Positions 24,601 through 35,500 of a DNA stretch of 64,000 bases are shown piece by piece (the stretch's first letter is position 1; each line of letters begins with the position of its first letter). Made by a program: the position numbers and the translations under genes. The stretch comes from Sphaerodactylus townsendi (taxonomy: Eukaryota), in assembly GCF_021028975.2 (NCBI RefSeq), contig NC_059428.1, positions 8,432,001 to 8,496,000 of the forward strand, read 5' to 3'. Below the pieces are notes generated by a model. The model made no database searches. It was not told the origin of the DNA and saw only the letters and a list, made by a program, of their open reading frames with translations.

Positions 24601-27600
24601 GCCCTCACCTGGGCACCTGGACCAGCAGCAGGGCGAAGACCTCGGCCTCGGAGAGCTGGCTCGGGCTCCCCTGGAACGCCAGCAGCCTCTGGACCTTCCC
24701 AAACAGAAGCAAGCGGGTCACTCCCGCTGGGGAGCAAAGCAGCGGCCCCGGCCCCTCCCCACTCCTCCCCTGCTGCTCACCTCTTCCCCGTCGGGCAGCA
24801 GCTTGGTCAGCTCCAGCAGCTTCTCTGCCCCATAGAGAGCCCCGGCTCCATCCCGGATGTCGGCCACGATTGCTTGCACAGGCCTGGGGGGAGGGACAGC
24901 GGTGGCTGGCAGGCAGGCAGGCACTGTGGGGGGACCCTCCGCACCCAGCCCACAGGAGGGGCCCCCCTGACCCAGAGCCCTCCAGCAGGGGCTCAGGCTC
25001 CCCCCCACCCCCACCCCCCGGGCCTCCACTCTACCTTTTGAACTGCTTCAGGAAGATGCCCAGGTTCAGAATCCTTTTGGAGTCCAGCAGAGAGGCCTGT
25101 GGGAGTTGGGGGGGGGGGGAGGCAGCCCAGGTGAGGAGAAGGACAACCTGCCCGCTCGCCTGCAGCCACCCTGGAAGCGCCACTCATCTCTGCACACACA
25201 GCCGAGCAGTGGCAGCTGCCTCCCTCCCTTTTGGGGAACCAAAATGTTGCCTTTTCATTCCTTGGCTTAATTTGGCAGAGTTTTGCTTTGCAATTTTTTT
25301 TTTTAAGTTTGGGGAGAAAAATCAATACAAATGTCACTGAAGCAGGAAAATGGGATGCACTTCTGGAGGCACCATCTCAAAAAGAACATCCCACAGCTGG
25401 AAAAGCATCAAGGGGGGGACTGGAGCAGGGGCCTGCAACCTGTGGCTCTCCAGATGTTCATGGACTACAAATTCCATGCTGGCAGGGGCTGATGGGAACT
25501 GTAGTCCATGAACATCTGGAGAGCCACAGCTGCAGGCCCCTGGACTGGAGAAACATTCTCTCTGTGTGGAACAGGAGCGTTTAGGGCTCTCTGGTGTAGA
25601 GAAAGGCCAGCTGGGACGGGGAGAGGTCGTGCCAGAGAAAATGATGCCCGGCGCAGACAGCAAACCTCTCCCTCTTTTCTGAAGCACGAGCAGGAGGCGG
25701 GGCTGCCAAAGGAAATGATCTGCACCATTCTTCCCCCTAACCCAGCAGGCCTCCTTCACTTCGGGAGCTGACAAACTTCGATGACTTTGAGAAGGTTCTG
25801 CAAATCCGTGGCGCACGGTTCCACCAAGGGCGCTCAGCCACAACACACGCGCACCAGAACCTTTGTGCGCTGGAGATGCCACCTCTGACTGCCGAGCCAT
25901 TCCCTTCCTGGCTACTGTGGCTGGAAACAGAGCGCCACAGACTCAGCAGGCCACCCGGTTGGCTCAGAGCTGGAGGTCTCAGCAGGCTGATCCACTGGGG
26001 CTGGGCAGAGGGCAAGCTTCCGGAGAGCCCCTCCCCCACTGACCTCGGCCTATTTATGTTCAAGGCAGTGAGGAGTGAGGGGCCCTGCCCTGCCCTGCCC
26101 ACGCACCCACCCACGGCACCTGGCCACTCTCCATTCAGGCAGGTGAGTCAAGCACATACATAGAGGAAAAGCCACACACGCCCATAGGTAAGGCACCTTC
26201 ACATTGTCTCTCCTGTGGGCCAGGGCAAGGAATCCCCCCACCTGCCAGCCAAAATATTTTGCACTGGAGAAAAGGGGCTCAGCCCAAAGGGGAAGATCCG
26301 AGCTGGTCTCTGCACCCCCCCCCCTTCCTGGGCAGCTGAGAGGAGAACTGATTTGGAGACCCCCTGCACATTCACAGGCGCATTTAGAGGTGGAGTCAAG
26401 GGTTGGGTGTGTGTGTGTGTGTGGGGGGGGGGTGTTTCTGAGTGATGCTTCTACCATCCTTTGGACAGCAGTCCTTTGGACAACTTTGCCAAGTAGGCCC
26501 ACAGGATCTAGAAATATAAGATTTCTATAAATGTTCAAGTTGCAGGGAAAAACAATACTTTTTGTAAAAAAAAACTTGAAATGGAAATATATGAAACATC
26601 CACCTACATAGCAAATCTAAACTTCTTTCACTGATTTAAAAACATAGAATGCAACCGTTATAACTTAATTAATATGTACAATTGTACTCTTTGGAGTACT
26701 TATGGAATTTGAATACATAAATGACTGTGTTTTCTGTATGAAAACTGGAAGTATCCTCAATACTTGAGAAAGGGTTCCAAACTGTTGCCCCTTGGCCAGC
26801 ATAGCACAAGCCCCCTACCCTATTTCCCCGAAAATAAGAAGGGTCTTATATTAATCTTTGCTCCAAAAGATGCGTTAGGGATTATTTTCAGGGGATGTCT
26901 TATTTTTTCCCCATGATTTTGAGCCCCCAGATCAGATCAGCTGTGCTGGGGAATCTGTAACCAGAGCTTATTTTTGGAGTAGGGCTTATATTTCAAGAAT
27001 TCTCCAAAAATCGTGGTAGGGCTTATTTTTGGGGAAGGGCTTATTTTTGAGAAAATGGTATTTTATGCCATTTGAGAGGCTGGAGAAATAGGGAAAAAAT
27101 GCCAGAGTGTGCAAAAGAAAATATAATAATTGGACAGAAACATGCTCATACATCACACTACGCTTTTTCTCAACGAAAGATAACAGGAGATTTGTGAATT
27201 AATCCACCATTTCCTGGACTTTCTGTGTTCTAGTTTGCTCCACTTGGGGGTCCTAGTGCCGACCTAGTTCTCAGCCCAGGGCTCTAGGACCCAAGCACAG
27301 CATTCCATAACAAAGACGGTCCAGAAAATGGCGGATTCATATACCATTCTACTGTCATCTTTATCTGGACATGAAGTTAAAGTTGTTAACAATGAAAACA
27401 GTGAACTCTTGGATAGTGTATTGTCCTTCAACGCACAATAGCATATTAATCGTTGCCAAAATTATTTCCATTTAAGCAAAAATATTTATTAATTTATTTG
27501 ACTTCTACGTCATCTTCCCCTTTGAACAGGCTGAGAGCAGGTTACAACAGCTACGATTTACAACATTAAAATCAACCAGAGGTAAAAACATAATCTCTGC

Positions 27601-29694
27601 ACCCCAGAACTAACAGGCAGGAGACCAATCAGGAGGGAAAGCAAATGAATCAAGGGCACAAAACAAACAGAAAAAGGGGCAGGAAGGAAGAGGGAGGAGG
27701 AGAGAGGCCAGCTGAGTCGGATACTGTTGCTGCTGTCGGCCACTGGGGCCGTGGTGGCGAACCTTTGGCACTCCAGATGTTATGGACTACAATTCCCATC
27801 AGCCCCTGCCAGCATGGCCAATTGGCCATCCCTCAGGGGATGGGGCGGTATAAAAGTTTAAATAATAAATAAATAAAAAATAAATAAATGCTAGGAGAGA
27901 GAGACAATATTCAAGCAGGCAGGAGTGCATCAAGTGCTAGAGATAATAGTCTGAAGGTGATACAGACAAGAACCCTGAAGAAGAAGAAAAAGAAAAAGAA
28001 GAAAAAGAAGAAGAGGAGGAGGAGGAGGAGGAGTTTGGATTTATATCCCCCCTTTTTCTCCTGCAGGAGACTCAAAGGGGCTGACAATCTCCTTGCCCTT
28101 CCCCCCTCACAACAACACCCTGTGAGGTGGGTGGGGCTGAGAGAGCTCCTAAAAGCTGTGACTAGCCCAAGGTCACCCAGCTGGCATGTGTGGGAGTGCA
28201 CAGGCTAATCTGAATTCCCCAGAGAAGCCTCCACAGCTCAGGCGAATCAAACCCGGTTCCTCCAGATTAGATACATGAGCTCTTAACCTCACTACGCCAC
28301 TGCTTTAAGAAGCAGCCGTGGGGAATGAACCGCGGTCCTAGATGTCTCTACACTAATGAACAAGAGCACGGGAAATAAACAAGACCAACTTAACCTCTTA
28401 ACCGGGCAAAGCAAATATGGGATAACGGGCAGCACTGAAACCTGGTGGTGGGACGAGTCTCGTGGTCGGAATGTAATAGTGGAGGGGCATCACATATATT
28501 TAGAAAAACAGACCCACTAGGAAAGGAGGAGGAGGAGTAGCATGGCAAGTCAGGGGTGATTGCACCTGTGAGCAGGTCCAGGACTTAAATCCTGGAAGCC
28601 AGGCTTACAGCAGCTGGGTACAAATTCAGGGGAAGAGAAACAAGAGTGATCTCATGGCAGGGGTCTCTCACAGACCCCCCAAGCCAGACTGAAGAGCTGG
28701 ACGATGCCTTCTTGGAACAGATGGCCAAAGGTTCAGAAAGAAGGTCCCGGTAGCAGTAATGGGAGATTTCAATTACCTGATATTTGCTGGGAATCCAACT
28801 CTGCTGTCAAGACTACAAGACCAACAGATTCCTCCCTGGCCCGGCGGGCAGCTTCATGGTCCAGAAGGCGGAAGAGGACCAACTACCTTAGATCTATTCC
28901 TATCCAGCAATGATGACCCGGTTAATGGGGGGCAGTGGTGGGGGCCCCAGAACAAGGGAGAGACCGTCTTCTCAGGCAGTTTGTTCATCCTGGGCAGAAG
29001 CGGGCAGTGGGGCGCCGCCGCCACAGACAGGAGCAGACCCCGCCCCCGCCCCCCCCGTCAAGACTCCAGAGCAACCGAGTCACCTGAAGACCGAGGGGGA
29101 GGAACCGCCCGTCCCGTCCCTCCGAAGGCAGGCCGACCGAGCAGCCGCCCGCCAAAAGCGCAGGCCGGAGCGGAGGCGGCCATAGGAGCCGGGCAACAGC
29201 CAGCCAGCCAACAGCCCCGGCCCGACGGCAGCCCCGGGGTGGAGTCACGGTTCACGGGGAGGGGGCTCCCGGCCGCCAGGACTCCCCGCCACGTCGGGCC
29301 TCTCCCGCCCCTTCCTCACCTGGTGGGCGGACGGACCACGCAGGCTCCCCCCGGCCGCTCCCGACGGCTGCCCGAAGAGCTCGTCCAGCAAGCGCCGGTC
29401 CAGGCCGAAGCCGCCCGGCCTGCTGCTGCCGCCGCCCGGCGTGGTCCAGAGGCTGCTTCGGCCCCCGCGCACCCGCTCGGCCGGCAGCACCTCCCAGTGG
29501 AAGGTGCGCAGCTTGCGACGGGCGGGCGTCGGGCTCCGGGCAGGCGGCGGCGGCGGAGGGGCCGGAGGGCTGGGCCCGGGTCGGCCGCCTGGGGCCCCGC
29601 GGCCCGGGGGAGGAGAGGCGGGGGAGCGGTCGGGGGTCGCCGCCGCCTCCTCCCGGGCCTCGGGCGACGACGGGGCGTCCCGCACCAGCACCAT
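18092..29694 (-). CDS. FH2 domain-containing formin, FHDC1(INF1)-like paralogue; 10 coding exons, 1848 nt, 615 aa
   Basis: Exons 29320-29694, 25035-25096, 24781-24883, 24609-24694, 24413-24513, 24025-24095, 23685-23792, 21340-21410, 19227-19506 and 18092-18682. All are GT-AG and join in frame with no stops. Motifs: polyproline FH1, [70 protein letters not shown]...ECCRIF. Confidence 0.92.
19227..19506 (-). CDS. FHDC1-like exon 9
   Basis: [13 protein letters not shown]...QMEPFL...[33 protein letters not shown]. Confidence 0.9.
21340..21410 (-). CDS. FHDC1-like exon 8
   Basis: [23 protein letters not shown](R). Confidence 0.88.
22050..22400 (-). mobile_element. Decayed CR1 RT fragment
   Basis: [29 protein letters not shown]; further fragment [11 protein letters not shown] at about 22875-22930. 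Confidence 0.7.
22730..22863. mobile_element. Palindromic hAT MITE
   Basis: TIR CAYAGGTGTCAAACTCG; TSD CCTTAGGC on both sides. Confidence 0.9.
23685..23792 (-). CDS. FHDC1-like exon 7
   Basis: [36 protein letters not shown]. Confidence 0.92.
24025..24095 (-). CDS. FHDC1-like exon 6
   Basis: [23 protein letters not shown] (GNYMN post motif). Confidence 0.92.
24413..24513 (-). CDS. FHDC1-like exon 5
   Basis: [33 protein letters not shown]. Confidence 0.9.
24609..24694 (-). CDS. FHDC1-like exon 4
   Basis: [28 protein letters not shown]. Confidence 0.9.
24781..24883 (-). CDS. FHDC1-like exon 3
   Basis: [34 protein letters not shown]. Confidence 0.9.
25035..25096 (-). CDS. FHDC1-like exon 2
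   Basis: [20 protein letters not shown]. Confidence 0.9.
25426..25542. mobile_element. Palindromic hAT MITE
   Basis: TIR CAGGGGCCTGCA; TSD GACTGGAG on both sides. Confidence 0.9.
26818..27058. mobile_element. Non-autonomous Tc1/mariner (pogo/Tigger-like) element
   Basis: Imperfect TIR CC.TATTTCCCCGAAAATAAG / CTTATTTTTGAGAAAATGG flanked by TA on both sides; internal GGGCTTATTTT repeats. Confidence 0.65.
27749..27830. mobile_element. Truncated (half) hAT MITE
   Basis: Left arm only of the 3417/5941 family. Confidence 0.75.
27977..28303 (-). mobile_element. tRNA-derived SINE with expanded (GAA/GAG)n tail
   Basis: Same family as 1549-1842. Confidence 0.85.
28330..28990 (+). mobile_element. 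Decayed CR1 endonuclease fragment
   Basis: CLYTN, ETWW and VMGDFNY(P)DICW motifs of CR1 APE endonuclease. Confidence 0.75.
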
Positions 29695-30330
29695 CGTCCG
29701 GCAGGCGCCGCCGGCCTCCTCCTTCCGCGTTCTCGACGGCGGCCCGCGCTCCTCGGGGGTCTAGCCGGCGCCTGAGCCAAGCCCCGCCCCGCCCCGCCCC
29801 GCCGGGGGCTCCCGCCGGCCCCTCCCCCACCCGCGCGGCGGCGGGTCAGTCTCCTCTGAGCAAGGCCGGCCTTCCCGGGCGACGACGGGGCTCCAGGCGC
29901 GGGGGGGCACCCTCCGGATTCCGCCTCTCCTCCTCGGCCCCAAGGGCAGCCGCCTGGGCATGTGCAGAGTGCGCAGCCCTCGCAACGGCGCTTGGGCCAT
30001 CATAGGATCCCCCTTTCCCAGGCGCAGGACCGGACGGACGACAGCCCCAACCTCCCGGGCGACGCTGCCTGCCTAGCCCCGGGCCTCCACCCCCCCCCAC
30101 GTGCCCGCCGCCTGGGACAGGGGCCGTTTGGAGGCCTTTGCGGCGGACTCGGCCCCTCTTGGCCACCCGCGGCTTAAGGGGAGAGAGGGGGGGTCACGGG
30201 GGGGGGGCTTCCCAGGGATTCTCCAGTTCTCCACAGCCGCTGTAACCAGCACAACTTTACACCATTGTGGGGGTGGGGAGAGAGACTTTAATGGCCCGCA
30301 GATGCGCCAGAGGTCACTGCACCCCCCCCC
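29000..30330 (-). promoter_or_regulatory. CpG island and promoter of the FHDC1-like gene
   Basis: Dense CpG and GC boxes (GGGGCGGGGC repeats around 29780-29800) covering and upstream of exon 1. Confidence 0.7.
29320..29694 (-). CDS. FHDC1-like exon 1 (FH1 + FH2 lasso)
   Basis: MVLVRD...[10 protein letters not shown]...[25 protein letters not shown]...LDELFGQ; donor CAG|gtgagg. The start codon choice is less certain than the donor. Confidence 0.85.
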
Positions 30331-30948
30331 CCGTCTCACGGCAAGAGCCACAACAGAGCTGACAGCGCGGGGGGGGGGGAAGGTTCAGCTTTGGGCAAAA
30401 GGTTCCCCCCCCCCCGCCCAGGAGGGAGTCGTCTTGCGTGTTCCGGCCCCTGCGGACCTGTCCCGTGGCACTTGCAACCCCCCCAGTGAAGAAGAGGCCC
30501 CCCGGGGACCCGCCCCACAGCCCAGCTCAGGGGGTCATGTACGGGGCCGCCCCCGGACTGAGGGCAGCACAGCAGGTGGGGGGGGGGGAGCCCTGGCCTG
30601 CACGGACAAGCCTGGGGGAAGAGGCAGGACTCGCAAAAGCACTGCTGGAAGGTCCAGCAGAGCAGCCACTCCACGCCCCGCCCCCAAAGGACCAGCCCTG
30701 CAGCCCAACCACACACCGGCACTTGGCCTGGCTGCACCTGCCCACCCCACCCCCTACGGAAGAAGAGAGCCCAGCGGCAGGGTCAGAGCCATGACTCACG
30801 TCAGCCTGTCTCCTTGGTGCAGGGGCCAGCAGCTGAAAGGAGCCCCCTCCCCACCAGCTTGCAGGGGTGAACTTCAGGCAGAAGGAGTGAGGCGCGTGTC
30901 TGGGGGGGTCAGTGGGCTCTGCTTGGGGGGGGGAGGGTGACAAGCCCC

Positions 30949-31426
30949 GAGAGGCGTAGTAAGGGGAAATGGAGCCTGGTGCAAAAGATTAGTGCCCCCC
31001 CCCCCCCGCTGTCAGGGGTGCAATTGTTAAGCTAGCAACACCAAACTTTCAGGGTATCTTTAGGAGACTCTCCTTATGATACCACCCAGGATTGCAGAAC
31101 TTTGGTTCAGCGGGTCCAAAGTTATGGACCCTCAAAGGTCCAGCTCTTATTAGCTCCCATTGGAAACAATGGGGGATGGGGCACCCCTTTTGGGGTACCC
31201 CCATAACTTTGGACCCCCTGAACCAAACCTCACCTAACTTGGAAAGTCCCACATAAAATCCCTGAAATTTTGGTGCTGCTAGCCTAAAAACTGCCCCCCC
31301 TTGCAGTCCAAAAATTGAAAAAAACACTTAAAAATAAAAAACCCACAAATGAAGCTGAATTTTTGCACCCCCCAGGCACGTGCCCAGTGCAACATGCACC
31401 CCCTCCCCCTTGTAGCGACGCCTCTG
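30949..31426. mobile_element. Complete short copy of the hAT-like composite element
   Basis: Termini GAGAGGCGTAGT.. / ..AGCGACGCCTCTG; 8-bp TSD CAAGCCCC at 30941-30948 and 31427-31434. Confidence 0.85.
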
Positions 31427-31691
31427 CAAGCCCCCCCCCCAGGTCACGGTCACCGTCCAGGGAGAACTTCCTCTCCTCAGCCACCCACCCCGGCAGGCAG
31501 GCAGGCAGGCGGCGGCAGCAGGCTGAAGGCAGAAATCCCGGTTCATGATGCATGTTGTCAGAAGAGCCCCCACCCCCAGGGCCTCCCAGCAGCAAGCCTT
31601 CCCACCCACCCCACCCCCTCCAGAAAACAGGGCGGCGTGAAGGCAACTGCCCCCCCCCCCCCAGGACAACAGCCATCTCTGCTTCGTACCG

Positions 31692-31697
31692 TTTATT
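31692..31697 (-). terminator. Candidate ARFIP2 polyadenylation signal
   Basis: AATAAA on minus strand about 720 nt after the stop codon. Confidence 0.55.
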
Positions 31698-32412
31698 CTG
31701 GAATCTTTACAGACTGTAGTAGGCATTGGGGGGGGGGGCTTCACTGGGCAGGAAGAGGAGCTGGACCCTCCCCCACGCAGCAGTTCCCACCCCCCTCAGG
31801 AACGTCAGAGGGGGCTACTGGCCTTGATCCCTCCCAGAGCCCCTCGGCCCCCGGGCAGGGTCTGGCTGGAGCTCGGTCCATAGTCCCAGGGCGCTCCAGG
31901 CTCCTCACACACCCACCCCCCCCCCCCCCCCCCAAATAGCAGCAAATGAAGACCTACGAAGGCCTTCTCCAGCCCTCAGCCAGAGCCCCCTCCCCCCCCC
32001 GCTGCAGGGCAGAACAGTGGGAAGAAACAGGACCTCTCCCACCCCCTGCCAGATTCTGGCCAGGAAGGGGGCGGGGAGGCTCTTCTGCCAGGCCCCCCCC
32101 CCCCCCAGTCCTGGCTGAGGGAGGGCTGGAAATGTCTTTGAACGGCGGGGGGGGGTGTGGGGGGAGGCTGCCCAGGCCTCCTGGAGCGGAGGAGGCAGTG
32201 CCTTTCTCCAGGAAGCGCCCCTTGGAGCACTCCGCTAAACCAGTGCTTAGAAAAAAAGCGAGGGAGGGCCACAGCAGGGGGGGCAGGTGGAGTACAGGCC
32301 CTCAGCTAGGAGGTGGGGGAGGAGATCCCCTGCTGGTCCCGGCAGGTCAAGAGTCCTTGGAGTCCCTTGGAGCAGAGGGCAGGGGGGGGAGCATGGCCGA
32401 GGGAGCTCAGGT

Positions 32413-32570
32413 TCACTGCTCTCTCCAGCCAGGAGGGCTTGGCCAGGCGCCGGGCTCTTCAGCTTGACGCTGAACTGCCGCAGGCTCTGCTCCAGCTGCT
32501 GCTGGTTGCCGGCGAAGTAGGCGGAGATGGCGTTGTGGAAGAGCAGCAGCTGCTTGTGCATCACCTTCAC
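32413..32570 (-). CDS. ARFIP2: ARFIP2 last coding exon
   Basis: [38 protein letters not shown].../KPSWLE/EQ*. Confidence 0.85.
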
Positions 32571-35500
32571 CTGGGGGGGGGAGGGAGGGAGCCGGTCAGC
32601 CGGAGGCCCCACCCTCCTCGCTGGGCAACCCACATCCCCACAGGAGAAGTCCAGCCGCCTCCTACTGCAGCCCCACCCAGCTTGCTGGCGGGGGGCAAAG
32701 GGTGCTCCTGGGAGGTGTGGGGGTGAGCAGCCGCTCCCCCACCCGCACCACCGCCCTGCCTTGTTCTCCCTCCAGGAACTTCAGCTTGATGACCGCGTCG
32801 GCCACTTCCGCAGCCTTCAATCATACTTGGCGGAGGTGGGCTGGGGTTAGCTGGCGTCCAAAGCGGTGCAGAAGGGTGCATCCCCTGTGAACCCCGAGTC
32901 TCAGTTCCTCCAGGTCTGTGCGGTAGGCATCGTACTCCAGCCTGTGGGATGAGGGGGGGGGGGCAGAGGAGCAGGCGAGTGAGGGAGAGAGGGAGGTCTT
33001 GTATTCCTGCCAGTCCCAGCTGGTGCCCCCCCTAAAAAGCCTGGCCCGGCAGGGCCCCACCTGGCCGCCTCGTAGTGCTTGACCGTCATGAGGGTGTCCT
33101 CCATGGTCTTGTTGACCAGGGTGTTGATGCTGGACACGAAGAAGTTGACAGCCCCCAGGAGCGTCTCTCCGTTCTTGCAGAGCAACTTCTGGGTTTCTGC
33201 GTTGTACCCAAACTCCTCCTGTGAGAGAGGGGAGCCAAGGGGAGGGGGGTTGGTTGGGAGATGCCCAGAAAGAGCCCCTTTCCCTAAGACCCCTCACCCC
33301 TGACTCCACAGGCCTTCTGCAGGAGGCCAGCCCCCAAGCTGTTCAGGCTGCTGCGTCCCACGAAACCTCCCCACGTCAACAGTGGTGCACGTGAGCTCGC
33401 CCGTTCCATCCTCAGCTTCTGCGGGGGGGGGGGGCAGAAGAGGCCCACCCTCTGACTTTGCACCAGCCGCATTTTGCAGGCATTTCATCTTCCATGCAAA
33501 ACCAAGGCCAAGTTTCAGGCTCAGCAGGAGGATCACAGGACACACCCACACACCATACTAGGCTGTGCCTTGCTGTGCTTTGGGTGGGGTTGCGGGGTGC
33601 GGTTGGATTCAGTGGGATAGCAGCATAGGGCGGCCCCTTCTCTGCCCTTCTGGAACAGGTGCAAAATGGAGGGTCTTTTTTGATGGGGGCTGTTTGGTTC
33701 TGGAACTCCTTCTGTTGGATCTGCATTCCCGAAGCTTCCTGCAAACCTCCCAACCCCCGTTCAAGCTGGTGGGAGGCAGCTGCTAACTCCCTATGAAGAG
33801 TGAATCTACCACTAGAGCCTGCTGCTGTGTCTGGGGATCAGGAAAGGAGCTGCAGGTGATATCTCAACCGAATACTTGGCCTGGTAGTAAGCACAGGACA
33901 CCAGAGGAGAGCAGGGCGAGAAGGCAGGCCCTGGCAGAAAGCCCGGAAGGGCCCACGGACAAAGGACGTCTGGCAGGGAAGTGTCAGGATTCGCAAGAAA
34001 AGATCGCAGAGACCATGCTGCTGTGTGAGATCGAGGATGACTCACTAACATCCTTGGTACAAGATTTTGCAGAGTTTCAGGCAAGGGAGCTTTCTGCCGC
34101 ACCTTGGGCATAACCAGCCTTGCAGTAGGGGCTGGAGAGGGACCGAGTCTGGCCAGTGTCCTGCAAGCGCCGTGTGGTGTACCATTGTCTCTCCCACAGG
34201 ACAGGAACTGTGCGCACATGCGTCGTCTTGTAGTAACTGGCTGGCTTGAGAATTAAAATAATAATTCACTTGGTTTGCAAGAAACTTTGATTTCAGCGAG
34301 CCGGACCAGAGTTTTTTCTGTCAGCTAAGCAGGCCATATGGAACAGGATGCCGAGCACCTTCGCCCAGACTACTGGGGAGGTGTTGGCTCAGAATCTGGA
34401 GTTCAGACTGAGAACCAGGTAACTCCTCCAGGAGAAGAACTGAAGGCAACTGGGCTGACTCATTGCCAGCTAGGGGCCAAGTGCAATTGGTCAAAGAACT
34501 TCAAAAGGGGAGTCTGCAANNNNNNNNNNNNNNNNNNNNNNNNNNNNNNNNNNNNNNNNNNNNNNNNNNNNNNNNNNNNNNNNNNNNNNNNNNNNNNNNN
34601 NNNNNNNNNNNNNNNNNNNNNNNNNNNNNNNNNNNNNNNNNNNNNNNNNNNNNNNNNNNNNNNNNNNNNNNNNNNNNNNNNNNNNNNNNNNNNNNNNNNN
34701 NNNNNNNNNNNNNNNNNNNNNNNNNNNNNNNNNNNATATTTGCTATTGTAACCAACCATTTCATATTTAAGTTTTAGTTGTTATAGAAAAATAATCATTC
34801 ATATAGATTTTATATGTCAGCACGAGGATTTCAAGCTCACTGTTTCAACTCTCTCCTTGGAAATGAGATAAGCAATCGTCCCACTCGAATGCTTCCAAGA
34901 CCCCCAGCCCCACCCCCAGATCACAGAAGCTTTAAACAGTCAGCCCTGCCTCTTTTTTTAAAAAGGCAGTCATTATTTGCACATTATTTGCAGGAGAAAT
35001 GTCCCAAGTGCGCACCTTGTTGATAAGCAGGTACGGGAAGAGTTCTAGGCGTTGCTTTGTGATGTCAGCTTGGAGATATCAATGAGAATTTTTTGTTTTC
35101 CACAGTCCAGCCCCTGCCTGCTCATTTGAGATGGCGGAGTAACACGTTTGACGCACGGAGCTGTGAGCTACAACTGTGGGCAAGACCTTCAGGAACCAGC
35201 CAGAACTGCCAACTTCTGGGCTGAGAGTTCCTCTCCCGCCACGGAGAGCCCAGGGTCTCGCGGCTGGAGGGCATCAGGCTGAGGACGGTGGAAATAATCC
35301 CTGTGGAATTCTACCCCCCTCCTCTTTTCCCTCCTGTAAGGAAATTCAAGGCCGCTGACAAGCTCCTTTCCCTTCCTCTCCCCACAACAGACACCTTGGC
35401 CAGAGGCAGGTGGGGCTGAGAGAATTAGGAGAAGGAGCATGACTTCTGGCACCAAGGTCACCCAGCAGGAATGTAGGAGTCACGGAAGCTGCATCTGGTT

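Noticed and set aside
32757-32760. Non-canonical GC donor after an ARFIP2 exon
   Set aside because: It lies in an error-rich stretch, so a true GC-AG intron cannot be told from a miscall.
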